Shown in pieces: positions 1 to 9,136 of a stretch of DNA of 64,000 bases. Origin of the DNA: Candidatus Bathyarchaeota archaeon. GTDB taxonomy: Archaea > Thermoproteota > Bathyarchaeia > TCS64. A model generated the notes under the pieces. The model was not told where the DNA came from. It did not search any database and saw nothing but the letters and a program-made list of their open reading frames with translations. The DNA lies in contig JAFGHP010000083.1 of the NCBI GenBank assembly GCA_016930055.1, positions 15,138-79,137 on the forward strand. The letters are read 5' to 3'. Numbering within the stretch: position 1 is the first letter of the stretch; every line of letters begins with the position of its first letter. Made by a program: the position numbers and the translations under genes.

Positions 1-259
1 CATTATCGTAATCTAATACTGCACCACCACCAAGTGCTATTACATGTTTATCTAATGTTGATATTTCTAAAATTTTGTCTTTTTCAATTTTCCTGAATCC
101 TGATTCTCCATAAATGTTAAAAATTTCAGATATACTCTTTCCAACTTCTTTCACTATTTCTGAATCCAAATCGATAAAAGGATAATGAATTTTTAATGCT
201 AATAATTTACCTACAGTGCTTTTCCCAACACCCATAAAACCAAATAATACTAGATTCAA
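1..259 (-). CDS. aroK: shikimate kinase (partial; the gene continues beyond the window start)
   Basis: Minus-strand translation reads ...LNLVLFGFMGVGKSTVGKLLALKIHYPFIDLDSEIVKEVGKSISEIFNIYGESGFRKIEKDKILEISTLDKHVIALGGGAVLDYDN, with the GxxGxGKST P-loop typical of AroK. The likely TTG start at 257-259 overlaps the aroE stop (TTGA); an alternative ATG lies at 233-235. It is absent from the ORF track because the window edge truncates it. Confidence 0.7.
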   Translation of the reverse strand, partial: MNLVLFGFMGVGKSTVGKLLALKIHYPFIDLDSEIVKEVGKSISEIFNIYGESGFRKIEKDKILEISTLDKHVIALGGGAVLDYDN

Positions 260-1095
260 GCTTCACCCTTCTCCAACTGATTTTTAACTAATTTCAACAT
301 TAAAGATTCATCAGGATTCAAGCCAGTCCAAATTTTAAAAGACTCAACTCCCTGATACACAAGCATGTCGGCTCCTCCCAAAAATATTGCACCTGCTGCT
401 TCTGCATCAAGTAAAAGCCTAGTTTTTATTGGGTTATAGACTAAATCAAAAACGAATAAAGTTGAAGGTATAGTATTATTTCCTATCGGAGACGACTCCA
501 TATCGGGATACATGCCAACTGGAGTAGCATTTATTAAAATATCAGAAACATTGAGTAAGTTACCTACATTATCTAATTTTTCAGCAGATACTTCTGAATT
601 TCCATATTTTTTAAGGGATTTTACCAAAGATTCTGCTTTTAATAAGTTACGATTAAGAATTGTTAATTTTTTAACTTTATTAACTATACTGAAACCCACC
701 GCTCTTGCAGCTCCTCCAGCTCCTAGAAGTAGTACATCGGTTCCATTAATAGAGCCATATTTATTAGTAATCGCTTTAATTGCGCCTAAACCATCAGTAT
801 TATATCCTTTTAGGAGCCCATCTTGATTATTAATAGTGTTAACAGCACCAATATTCGCTGCAAGATCATCGATTATGTCAATGAATGGAAGAATAGTTAT
901 TTTATGAGGTATGGTAACGTTTGCGCCTTTAACGTTTGAGTTCCTCAAAGATTCTGCAGCTGTTCTTAATTTTTCAGGTTTCACAGATAATAATTCATAT
1001 TTTATTTTCAAATTTAGTTTTTGAAAAGCAGTATTATGCATTAAAGGACTCAACGAATGCTCAACAGGATACCCCAATAAATAACAAAATTTCAT
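256..1095 (-). CDS. aroE: shikimate 5-dehydrogenase
   Basis: The 279-aa ORF has an AroE-like N-terminus (GYPVEHSLSPLMHN) and a GAGGAARA Rossmann motif. It lies in an aro operon. Confidence 0.9.
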   Translation of the reverse strand: MKFCYLLGYPVEHSLSPLMHNTAFQKLNLKIKYELLSVKPEKLRTAAESLRNSNVKGANVTIPHKITILPFIDIIDDLAANIGAVNTINNQDGLLKGYNTDGLGAIKAITNKYGSINGTDVLLLGAGGAARAVGFSIVNKVKKLTILNRNLLKAESLVKSLKKYGNSEVSAEKLDNVGNLLNVSDILINATPVGMYPDMESSPIGNNTIPSTLFVFDLVYNPIKTRLLLDAEAAGAIFLGGADMLVYQGVESFKIWTGLNPDESLMLKLVKNQLEKGEA

Positions 1096-1769
1096 TGATG
1101 TAACTCCATTAATTCATAAATTCTTCGAAGCCTCTCCAAAGGTAATTGACCAGGAGCTACTGCTTCATGTTGATTAGGTGAAGCATATGTCCATTCTCCT
1201 CCTACCAAGGGAGATATTATTCTAGACAATACTCCCGATGTAGACATCCCGAAAGCTATGTTTCCTGGATGATTTTTTAAAAATTCTAAATAAACGATGT
1301 TGTCATAATAATTATTTGCGTTACCAACAATTTTACAAATACTACAACCAGAGTTTTTTGCTCTAGTGTACATTTCTTCCATTTCATATATTGTTGGTGT
1401 TTTATTGAAGTCATGATATGAAATTATTAATTTTGAAGATGTGCTTTGAAGATCTGATGCAACATTAAGTATGTTTGGAGTTGATGCTTCTAAATCAACA
1501 TAAGAAAAACCCGAATTACAAGCATTTATTAAAAGATTAATTCTATCTTTTTCAGGTTTTTTCCATAATCCACCATCATTTTTGATTCGTGCAGTTGCTA
1601 TTAACGGGATTTTTGTTACTTCAACGATTTTATAGGGATTAATATCCTTTTTGCTGTAATCGAAACGTATTTCTATTAAATCTGGAGATAGAGGTTCTAG
1701 TCTTTTAATCGTTTTTATTATTTTTGATATATTTAATGCTTGTAGAGTAACACAAATCTTGGGATTCAT
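1092..1769 (-). CDS. aroD: 3-dehydroquinate dehydratase, type I
   Basis: The 225-aa ORF has type I DHQase length and TIM-barrel-like sequence. It lies between aroB and aroE with 4-nt overlaps. Confidence 0.85.
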   Translation of the reverse strand: MNPKICVTLQALNISKIIKTIKRLEPLSPDLIEIRFDYSKKDINPYKIVEVTKIPLIATARIKNDGGLWKKPEKDRINLLINACNSGFSYVDLEASTPNILNVASDLQSTSSKLIISYHDFNKTPTIYEMEEMYTRAKNSGCSICKIVGNANNYYDNIVYLEFLKNHPGNIAFGMSTSGVLSRIISPLVGGEWTYASPNQHEAVAPGQLPLERLRRIYELMELHQ

Positions 1770-1771
1770 GA

Positions 1772-2863
1772 TTATAACTCCAAAACTTTTAAAATAGTAT
1801 CTTCTGGAACTGGTTTAATTATTGGTGTTTTACCTATCCCTGTTGGTAAAATAAAATTTATGCTTCCAGCTTCTGTCTTTTTATCCCTTTTCATAACAGA
1901 TATCAATTCATTATAATTTAATTTCGGTAACTTTATGGGTAAACCCAATGATTTCAACAGATTCTCTTGACGTTCAAAATCGTTATATTTTAAATATCCA
2001 AGATTTTCAGAAATTTTTGATGCAGCTAACATTCCTATTGAAATAGCTTCTCCATGATTAATTTCATGATTACTTAAAGTTTCTATTACATGTCCTAAAG
2101 TATGTCCATAATTTAAAATCGCTCTCTTTCCTTTAGAATCTTTTTCATCTTCTTCGACAAGTTTAGCTTTAATTAATACACATTTTTTTACTATTTGAGT
2201 CATCAGTTTTTTATCAGCTTTAAGTATAAAGCTACCCTTGTTTTCAAGGAGAGTAATTAAATCTGGATCAGAAATTACACCATATTTAATAACTTCTGCT
2301 AAGCCTGAACGTAATTCTCGAAGAGGAAGAGTTTTCAGAACAGAAGTATCACATATAATTAAAGTAGGTTGATAGAATGAACCTATCAAGTTTTTACCTT
2401 TAGAATGGTTAATAGCTGTTTTTCCACCAATAGCACTATCCACTTGACCAAGTAAAGTGGTTGGAATCTGAATATATCTTATACCACGTAAATAAATTGA
2501 TGCAGTAAAACCTGCTGTATCACCTACTGAACCTCCACCAAGTGCTATTACTACACTTTTTCTGTCTAATCCTTTTTCAATATAATCTCCAAGTAATGCT
2601 TCAACAACATTCCATGATTTTGCTGCTTCTCCATCGGGAACCAGTATTTTTTCGATCTTTAATTCAGATAAGTGTTCAAGAATAGATGTACCATATAAAT
2701 CAAAAATTGAAGATGAAGTAACTAAAACACAACTAGTTATTTCATGAACGTTTTTTTTAATTAATAGTTCTATATTTTCTAAAACTTTTTCTCCTATGAA
2801 AATGTGGTGGCTCCTTTCTTCTAACTCTACTGTTATTGGAGCCGGCATTTTATAGCCGGTCAA
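1772..2863 (-). CDS. aroB: 3-dehydroquinate synthase
   Basis: The 363-aa ORF carries a GGGSVGD nucleotide-binding motif and HGEAI metal-binding residues typical of the classical DHQ synthase. Confidence 0.9.
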   Translation of the reverse strand: MTGYKMPAPITVELEERSHHIFIGEKVLENIELLIKKNVHEITSCVLVTSSSIFDLYGTSILEHLSELKIEKILVPDGEAAKSWNVVEALLGDYIEKGLDRKSVVIALGGGSVGDTAGFTASIYLRGIRYIQIPTTLLGQVDSAIGGKTAINHSKGKNLIGSFYQPTLIICDTSVLKTLPLRELRSGLAEVIKYGVISDPDLITLLENKGSFILKADKKLMTQIVKKCVLIKAKLVEEDEKDSKGKRAILNYGHTLGHVIETLSNHEINHGEAISIGMLAASKISENLGYLKYNDFERQENLLKSLGLPIKLPKLNYNELISVMKRDKKTEAGSINFILPTGIGKTPIIKPVPEDTILKVLEL

Positions 2864-2864
2864 T

Positions 2865-3701
2865 TTACATCTGCTTTCCTATTGCTCTAGTTAGGGGATA
2901 TAACTCTTTCATTAAAGTCATGAATTCATTTGGATGAAGACTTTGATCTCCGTCACTTAGAGCTTTCTCTGGTTCAGGATGAACTTCGATTAATAAACCA
3001 TCTGCACCAGCTACAACTGCTGCTTTTGCCATGGGGTTTACTAAACTTCTTACGCCAGTACCATGGCTTGGATCAACAATTATAGGTAAGTGACTTAATT
3101 GTTTAATGACAGGCACTGCAGAAACATCTAGAGTGTTTCTAGTAATAGTTTCATAAGTTCGGATACCCCGTTCACAAAGCATTACTTGTTGATTACCTTC
3201 ATTAAGAATATATTCAGCGCATCCAAGCCACTCTTCGATTGTTGCAGACATTCCTCGTTTGAGTAATACAGGTTTATTTGCTTTACCAACTCTTTTAAGA
3301 AGATTATAATTCTGCATATTTCTGCTACCTATTTGAAGAATATCAGTATAATTTTCTACCAGTTCAACATCCTCAGGACTTAAAACTTCAGTGATTATGG
3401 GTAGATTAGTTTCTTTTCTGGCTTCAGATAGTATTATTAGTCCTTCTTCACCTAATCCTTGGAAACTATATGGTAAAGTACGTGGTTTGAAAGCACCTCC
3501 TCTAATTATGTGGGCTCCAGCTTCTTTTACAGCTCTCGCTGATTCAAGCATCTGTTCCATTGATTCAACAGAGCATGGTCCAGCCATAACAACAAGTTGA
3601 TCTCCCCCAATTTCGATATCTCTTACTTTAATTCGCATGGTTTTATGTTCGCCAGGACTAACAGCTAATTTAATTTTCTGAGATACATTTAACTTTGACA
3701 T
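2865..3701 (-). CDS. 3-deoxy-7-phosphoheptulonate (DAHP) synthase, KDO8PS-like class I-beta
   Basis: The 278-aa ORF reads ...[10 protein letters not shown]...[12 protein letters not shown]..., the DAHPS/KDSA fold signature. It is the first gene of the aro operon. Confidence 0.85.
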   Translation of the reverse strand: MSKLNVSQKIKLAVSPGEHKTMRIKVRDIEIGGDQLVVMAGPCSVESMEQMLESARAVKEAGAHIIRGGAFKPRTLPYSFQGLGEEGLIILSEARKETNLPIITEVLSPEDVELVENYTDILQIGSRNMQNYNLLKRVGKANKPVLLKRGMSATIEEWLGCAEYILNEGNQQVMLCERGIRTYETITRNTLDVSAVPVIKQLSHLPIIVDPSHGTGVRSLVNPMAKAAVVAGADGLLIEVHPEPEKALSDGDQSLHPNEFMTLMKELYPLTRAIGKQM

Positions 3702-3792
3702 TATTCTAACCTCAAAATATTTTTAAAAAATAAAAAACATCATATTGAATTTATGTTTAATTTTAGATGTTTTCAATACATCGTTAACATGC

Positions 3793-3805
3793 AGGACAAT
3801 GTCCT
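3793..3805. promoter_or_regulatory. perfect 6-1-6 palindrome AGGACA-A-TGTCCT in the divergent aro / ykgJ intergenic region
   Basis: Seen directly at 3793-3805, about 95 nt upstream of the DAHP synthase start codon. It is GC-rich relative to the surrounding AT-rich spacer, and is a candidate transcription-factor operator. Confidence 0.25.
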
Positions 3806-3966
3806 TGGAAATATTTCTAAGAACTAGGCTTAGAGAAGTTTTTTTATTCGATTTTAGTGAAATTGGCGCATTTATCGCACCGTCCAATATATTGCCTATG
3901 AAGGTACCAATTACATATATTTAACCCTAGTGGAAAAAATATTTAAAATAAGTACTTATTTCAAAG

Positions 3967-4010
3967 TAAGACTTTAAGTGTGCAAAATATTTCATTTAGA
4001 TAAAGTCTTA
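3967..4010. promoter_or_regulatory. 10-bp perfect inverted repeat TAAGACTTTA ... TAAAGTCTTA with a 24-nt spacer
   Basis: The arms lie at 3967-3976 and 4001-4010, about 26 nt upstream of the 4036 start codon. This could be an operator or an RNA hairpin, but AT-rich context raises the chance expectation. Confidence 0.2.
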
Positions 4011-4035
4011 TTAATTATAATGTGGAGTCCCAAGT

Positions 4036-4716
4036 ATGTTATCGAAATCCCCTCTTGACAACATTCTTGAGAAACCGGGTTTTAAACCATTTTCAGGAAA
4101 AAGAGCATTTAAAATTTTAGAATTAACTAAAAATAACCTTAAAACCGTATCTTATAACATGGAAGATGTCTTGAAATCAATTTCTAGCCTAAGTTCAATT
4201 TCAGATAAAGAAATATCATTACTTGTTAACCTCCAATCACAAATATGTACAGGTTGTGGTAATTGTTGCCTTTACAGAGGATCCATTGATATTAATAAAA
4301 ATGAACTTCTTAAGATTGCGTCTTTTCGAAATAAATCGTATAAAAAAATGAAGCAAGAATTAAAAGCTATTCCTTTAGGAAATGGAAAATTTAGAATTCA
4401 ACAACCATGCAAATTTTTTACCGGGAAGAGTTGTGAAATATTTGAAGTTAAACCATTTACTTGTCTTAGTTACCCTACAATTGAAATTTTAAAAAATTTA
4501 AGCACTGGAATATATGATGATTTTTGTCCAATTATTAATGATATTCTATCAGAATTAGTAATTAAACGGGTTATTGAAGAGAAATTATATAAAGAAAATC
4601 CTGAAGAATTTAATGAAATAACAGAAAAATGGAAAAAAGAAATATTATCTTATTCAGAGTTATCTCAAAAAGAACGTTTAAAACTTATGATTCTGAAATA
4701 TAATAATAAAGATTAA
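4036..4716 (+). CDS. YkgJ/UPF0153-family putative Fe-S or Zn-binding protein (CxxCxxCC)
   Basis: The 226-aa ORF contains CTGCGNCC plus downstream Cys residues, the signature of the CxxCxxCC family. Confidence 0.55.
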   Translation: MLSKSPLDNILEKPGFKPFSGKRAFKILELTKNNLKTVSYNMEDVLKSISSLSSISDKEISLLVNLQSQICTGCGNCCLYRGSIDINKNELLKIASFRNKSYKKMKQELKAIPLGNGKFRIQQPCKFFTGKSCEIFEVKPFTCLSYPTIEILKNLSTGIYDDFCPIINDILSELVIKRVIEEKLYKENPEEFNEITEKWKKEILSYSELSQKERLKLMILKYNNKD

Positions 4717-4739
4717 TAAAATGAATAAAATTAGTATTT

Positions 4740-5588
4740 TTAAGATTTGTCTTCAATTTTTGTTTTCAAACTTGATGCTTGGGCATTAGCTTTAGCAATT
4801 AACTCAGATACAGTCTCCTTTGTTACATAACCTGCTTCAATAGCGACTTTCTTAGCATTCCCAAATACATAACTGATTATACTTGGTGCAGTTTCTGGGG
4901 TTACATAAACTGATTTAATTGCTAATTGTAAGGCATTACTGTATGCTTCCTTTAATTTCGTTGCATAACTGGAGATATCAATTAGTAAGTCTGATCCTTG
5001 AATTATTGAACCCTTCTCATAAACTGCTTTAAGACTCAAGCCCATGTAAGCAGCTTTTATATTTAATCTTTGTAAAAGATCAGCTAAATCAGAGTTGATT
5101 ATTTCACCTTCATTAGCTACTAAAGTATCTTGTTGAACCCAAATATTTCCACTTTCAATCCGCGTTTTAATACCTAAAGTACCAAATTTAGCAATCATTG
5201 GTCCTGGAGATATTCCTGTGTTACCTGATGGAATATAAATATCAGTAAGCGCTTTATCTCCAGCTTTTGCGAAAACCTGAGCTTTACTCTTCTCAAGAGT
5301 CATTGCTAGTCTGAAGGGGTCACCATTAGTGAAAAGGAATAAGTTTGGACCTTCAATGGTTTTTATCCATTGTTCAACGCCTTCTTTATTGGCTTTTTCC
5401 ATACTAATTCGCATTAGAGTGTTTTTTATTGCCTTTATCTCAAGTTGCCCTCTGAGGCTTTTCCTCATGTCCATAAGCATACCACTTTGGACTTTGTTGA
5501 GATCTGCAGCAGCAATTATGTGATATTTATTTAATAAATCAACTGTTGATTCAACTATCTCTGTTTTAACTTTAGATACTTGCGACAT
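4740..5588 (-). CDS. rpl10: 50S ribosomal protein L10 (acidic P0)
   Basis: The 282-aa archaeal P0-type L10 has a typical N-terminal domain. It lies downstream of L1 and L11. Confidence 0.9.
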   Translation of the reverse strand: MSQVSKVKTEIVESTVDLLNKYHIIAAADLNKVQSGMLMDMRKSLRGQLEIKAIKNTLMRISMEKANKEGVEQWIKTIEGPNLFLFTNGDPFRLAMTLEKSKAQVFAKAGDKALTDIYIPSGNTGISPGPMIAKFGTLGIKTRIESGNIWVQQDTLVANEGEIINSDLADLLQRLNIKAAYMGLSLKAVYEKGSIIQGSDLLIDISSYATKLKEAYSNALQLAIKSVYVTPETAPSIISYVFGNAKKVAIEAGYVTKETVSELIAKANAQASSLKTKIEDKS

Positions 5589-5598
5589 TATTGTAACC

Positions 5599-6243
5599 TC
5601 AGTATAATTTTACTGCCTCTCCCATACTTGTTTTAATAAACATTGTTTTAATGTTTCCGAAACCACGTTTAGTAGAGCTGGTTAAGTTACTTATAATTGC
5701 TTCAATATTTTGAGCAACTTCTTCATCCGTCATTGATTCTTTTCCAACCATACAATGAACGAAAGGTTTGTCTCTACTTCTTAGTACCACTGCTTTTCTT
5801 TCTCTCTCAATGACATTATCCACTGGAGCTTGAGATGGTACAGGTGTTGGCATTTTGCCACGTGGACCTAATATGGGACCAGCTACACGACCCACTGTTG
5901 GCATTAGTGGGGCTTCACTTATGAAGATATCAAAGTCTTTTAGCCTCTTTTTTGCTGCTTTTTTATCTTTAGCAAGCTCATTTAATTCCGTTGGTTCAAT
6001 AACTTCATCTGCTCCACTTCTACGAGCTCTTAAAGCAAGGTCTCCACCTGCAAAAACAAGAACTTTTTGTCCCTCTATTCCATTAGGTAATTGGACACGT
6101 AGATTAATCCTATTTTCTGGACGTTTCATATCGAGTTCACGGAGGTTAATGACGAGCTCAATTGTCTGCTCGAAGTTGCGTTTAGGTGAGGCTTTTCTAG
6201 CCTTCGATATCGCTGTTAAAATTTGTTGTCTTGGTAACGACAT
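5599..6243 (-). CDS. rpl1: 50S ribosomal protein L1
   Basis: 214 aa, with L1 signature and the conserved L11-L1-L10 order. Confidence 0.9.
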   Translation of the reverse strand: MSLPRQQILTAISKARKASPKRNFEQTIELVINLRELDMKRPENRINLRVQLPNGIEGQKVLVFAGGDLALRARRSGADEVIEPTELNELAKDKKAAKKRLKDFDIFISEAPLMPTVGRVAGPILGPRGKMPTPVPSQAPVDNVIERERKAVVLRSRDKPFVHCMVGKESMTDEEVAQNIEAIISNLTSSTKRGFGNIKTMFIKTSMGEAVKLY

Positions 6244-6283
6244 TTCTAAGCCTTCTATTTCTCCTTTTATTAGATAATAAAGA

Positions 6284-6772
6284 TTATGTGGTTTCTAAGA
6301 ATTTAGAATCATAATCTCCATTACTTATGAGATTTTGCATCTCTTTAGCGGACTTTCCTTCAACAGTTACACCCATACTTTGGCAAGTCCCAAGAACCTC
6401 CTTTGTAGCAGTTTTTAGTGAAGATGCATAGATTCCTTGCATTTTCTTTTTAGCAATACTAACTAACTGATCAAAAGACAAATCCCCAACATATGATTTA
6501 TTGGGGGTACCTGAGCCTTTTTTTATTTCCAGTACTTGTGTTATTAAAGCAAAAGTAGATAACATACCAACTTTTACTTTAAACGCTCTAGAATCTGTAT
6601 CAATAATTACGTCAACAGGTACAGGTGTTCCATTATATTCGGCTGTTAATTTATTGATTTCATTAACTATAGCCATAATATTAACACCTAGTGGACCTAA
6701 TGCAGGTCCTATTGGGGGACCTCCTGTTGCTTGCCCTCCATTTACTATGAAATTAAAACTTTTATCAACCAA
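6284..6772 (-). CDS. rpl11: 50S ribosomal protein L11
   Basis: 162 aa, with the GGQATGGPPIGPALGPLGVN motif of L11. Confidence 0.9.
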   Translation of the reverse strand: MVDKSFNFIVNGGQATGGPPIGPALGPLGVNIMAIVNEINKLTAEYNGTPVPVDVIIDTDSRAFKVKVGMLSTFALITQVLEIKKGSGTPNKSYVGDLSFDQLVSIAKKKMQGIYASSLKTATKEVLGTCQSMGVTVEGKSAKEMQNLISNGDYDSKFLETT

Positions 6773-6774
6773 TA

Positions 6775-7239
6775 TTATGCTACTCCTTTAACTTCTCTAA
6801 CATAATCAGCGTGGACAGTGATGGGAAGACTAAACGCAGCTTCAAGTATTTCAATTGTTACCTCTTCTTTAGATGAATCAACTCTAACTATACGAGCTTG
6901 CATTCCTTTGAAAGGACCAGCTACAACATCCACAAGAGTACCTTCAGAAAGTCCCTCTATTGCTGGTTTAGTCTCTAGATACTTGTCTACCTCTTCAGGT
7001 GTAACAACGCCTTGCACTCTTGATCTGGCATAACGCATTCCGCGAATAGCTTCATCAACAGTATGAGGGGTCATTGATTCAACAATTATGTACCCCTTCA
7101 ATTCAGAAGGTGAAAGGATTGAGAAGATGGGTAAATTCTCAACTTTTGCTTTATCAGCAAGCATCTCAGCTACCATTCGCTCTTGTCCATTAGTCACCTT
7201 CACGGCGTATAGAGAGGTATTAGGTTTATCTTCTGGCAA
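6775..7239 (-). CDS. nusG: transcription elongation factor Spt5/NusG
   Basis: 154 aa with an NGN domain plus a C-terminal KOW-like region. It sits in the position upstream of L11 conserved across archaea. Confidence 0.85.
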   Translation of the reverse strand: MPEDKPNTSLYAVKVTNGQERMVAEMLADKAKVENLPIFSILSPSELKGYIIVESMTPHTVDEAIRGMRYARSRVQGVVTPEEVDKYLETKPAIEGLSEGTLVDVVAGPFKGMQARIVRVDSSKEEVTIEILEAAFSLPITVHADYVREVKGVA

Positions 7240-7361
7240 TTATGCCACTTCCGGCGCAACGTATGCGTAAGTACAGCGTCAATATTAATATTGCTGATTT
7301 TAAGAAGATTATTATTAATGTTGGAATGTTCTAAAGGAGAAATAATATAATAAAATACTTT

Positions 7362-7526
7362 TCAAGCGAAAGATATTGAAATTAATTTAACTAAAAATCC
7401 TATTGCGCCTAAAATACCAATGCCAGCGAATACAATTTTTACACTTAATGAATATGTTTTCCAATCAGGTTTAGACAGAGTTTTCAAAAGTCTGTCAGCA
7501 CTTTGTAGAAAATCGTTTAGGCCCAT
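7362..7526 (-). CDS. secE: protein translocase subunit SecE (Sec61-gamma); a small gene missed by the ORF track
   Basis: The minus-strand ORF encodes MGLNDFLQSADRLLKTLSKPDWKTYSLSVKIVFAGIGILGAIGFLVKLISISFA (54 aa). It has the KPDW motif and a single C-terminal TM helix typical of archaeal SecE, and sits in the canonical position upstream of nusG. Confidence 0.65.
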   Translation of the reverse strand: MGLNDFLQSADRLLKTLSKPDWKTYSLSVKIVFAGIGILGAIGFLVKLISISFA

Positions 7527-7569
7527 TTTTTTCGCATCTAACCGATCAAATCAAGACTTAAATCCTTTA

Positions 7570-8478
7570 CTAATCTTGAAGCAATTTTTCAGCAAACCAA
7601 TGCGAATTAAAGGGTTGTAAATCATCGTATCCTTGTCCAACCCCTATGTAAATTATTGGCTTGTCGGTTAAATAACTTACACTTAAACTTGAACCCCCCT
7701 TAGCATCAGCGTCAACTTTTGTTAATATTGCTGCGTCGAAACCAACTGAAGCATTGAAAGTTAAAGCTTGTTCAGTTGCATCATTTCCTATTAAGCTATC
7801 AAGAATCATTATAGTCAAATTTGGTTTTACTACTCTTTTAATCTTAATCAATTCATCCATAAGATTCCTGTTGGTCTGCATCCTCCCTGCTGTATCAATT
7901 AACACGACGTCGATTCCTTTCGCTTTTGCATGTTGTACTGCGTCAAATCCAACAGCAGCTGCATCGGAACCATATTGATGTTTAATTAATTTTACATCTA
8001 ATCTATTAGCGTGCTCTTCTAATTGCTCAATTGCTCCTGCTCGATAAGTATCTGCTGAAGCAATGACTACTGTGTATCCGTTTTTCATTAAAAGTTTAGT
8101 GAATTTAGCTATTGTAGTAGTTTTACCTGTTCCATTTATTCCTACAAACATTATTACAAAAGTTTCGGTTTTTTTCTTTGACTCACTAATCATATTTAAT
8201 AGATCAATTTGATTTTTATTCATCATTACTGCTTCAATTGACTCTTTTAGTGCTTTTTTAACAGTGGATGATTTATCACCAAATCTCGGTGCTTCTTGTC
8301 CTATCAATCGGTTTTTGAGTTCCTCACAAATTTTTTCTGCAACTTGGACAGAAACATCGTTACTTATTAACTGTATTTGTAAATCCCATATTAGGGGATC
8401 AAGATCTTTTTCTGATAAGCCAGTTGAAGAAATCTTTTCAACTAGATTTTTAAAACTCTGTTTGAGTTTTTCAAACAC
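7570..8478 (-). CDS. ftsY: signal recognition particle receptor FtsY
   Basis: 302 aa with an SRP GTPase NG domain (GINGTGKTTT, DTAGR). Confidence 0.9.
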   Translation of the reverse strand: MFEKLKQSFKNLVEKISSTGLSEKDLDPLIWDLQIQLISNDVSVQVAEKICEELKNRLIGQEAPRFGDKSSTVKKALKESIEAVMMNKNQIDLLNMISESKKKTETFVIMFVGINGTGKTTTIAKFTKLLMKNGYTVVIASADTYRAGAIEQLEEHANRLDVKLIKHQYGSDAAAVGFDAVQHAKAKGIDVVLIDTAGRMQTNRNLMDELIKIKRVVKPNLTIMILDSLIGNDATEQALTFNASVGFDAAILTKVDADAKGGSSLSVSYLTDKPIIYIGVGQGYDDLQPFNSHWFAEKLLQD

Positions 8479-8480
8479 TA

Positions 8481-8915
8481 CTACGATACTCCTTGAAGTT
8501 CAGCACTTAATCTATTAGCTACATTCTGATATATTTCCATTTGTTGTACTATCTGACCTAATTGTTCTTCTACAGAAGTTTTGGTTTTTAGCACTTCATC
8601 TAATCTATTAGCAATTTCTTTTAATGCGTCTTCTACTTTCATTTCAACCGAAATATCTGCACCAATTCCTACAACTACTAAATTTAAATCGCCTGTTTTT
8701 CCTCTGACAAAGGTTCCTCCACCAATAGGAATTAAAATTGGATTATCATGAGGTAGATTTTTCATATCTTGGAGAGTCTGTTGCGAGATCTGTAGATCTG
8801 TTGAAGCAGATGATAAAATTTGGTATCTTTGTTGCAGAATTTGTACGGAACTCTCCATTAACTGATATTCGTATAGTATTCGATTAAGTTGCTCCTCTTT
8901 ACTAGGAGAAGTCAA
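8481..8915 (-). CDS. pfdA: prefoldin alpha subunit
   Basis: 144-aa coiled-coil protein with a central beta hairpin region. It sits in the pfdA position of the conserved ftsY-pfdA-rplX cluster. Confidence 0.8.
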   Translation of the reverse strand: MTSPSKEEQLNRILYEYQLMESSVQILQQRYQILSSASTDLQISQQTLQDMKNLPHDNPILIPIGGGTFVRGKTGDLNLVVVGIGADISVEMKVEDALKEIANRLDEVLKTKTSVEEQLGQIVQQMEIYQNVANRLSAELQGVS

Positions 8916-8917
8916 AA

Positions 8918-9136
8918 CTAATACCCCGAATTCTCTACTTTATTATCGAGTTCTTCAACACTCAAGATAGTAATCTGGTTTCTTTTTGCCCTATGTCGAC
9001 TACCTAATTCAGTATAAATTTTTTCTAATGCATGTTCTAGTTTTACAGCTTTAATTTCTTTCTTAAATGAAAGAGGAATAAATAATTTATGTTTATTAAT
9101 TACACCAGTTATTTTAAAGGTTTTAGTTTCAGTCAT
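8918..9136 (-). CDS. rplX: 50S ribosomal protein LX (L18Ae/L20A family)
   Basis: The 72-aa ORF resembles LX (..KITG....KEI.A...EHALEKIYTELGSRHRAKR.QI.I..VEEL). It sits in the conserved position between L31e and prefoldin. Confidence 0.6.
   Translation of the reverse strand: MTETKTFKITGVINKHKLFIPLSFKKEIKAVKLEHALEKIYTELGSRHRAKRNQITILSVEELDNKVENSGY

Noticed and set aside
512-826. The 104-aa plus-strand ORF inside aroE, and similar antisense or out-of-frame ORFs: 3391-3600, 5329-5523, 5855-6277, 6501-6791, 6818-7033, 7088-7270, 7754-7978, 8264-8518, 9089-9340, 12062-12283, 15973-16451, 19358-19996, 24975-25226, 25825-26019, 26883-27110, 30118-30693, 31210-31431, 32459-32641, 32981-33259, 34026-34262, 34845-35063, 36067-36447, 42094-42327, 42956-43231, 43820-44014, 47060-47263, 47985-48377, 53895-54080, 54882-55064, 55705-55989, 56410-56715, 57614-57817, 58010-58234, 58897-59211, 62094-62361, 62725-62910 and 63080-63328.
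   Set aside because: Each lies entirely within, and antisense or out of frame to, a strongly supported conserved gene. Their compositions are low-complexity with no motifs.
7420-7620. The 66-aa plus-strand ORF between nusG and ftsY.
   Set aside because: It is antisense to the secE gene identified at 7362-7526 and overlaps the ftsY 3' end. It has no motif.
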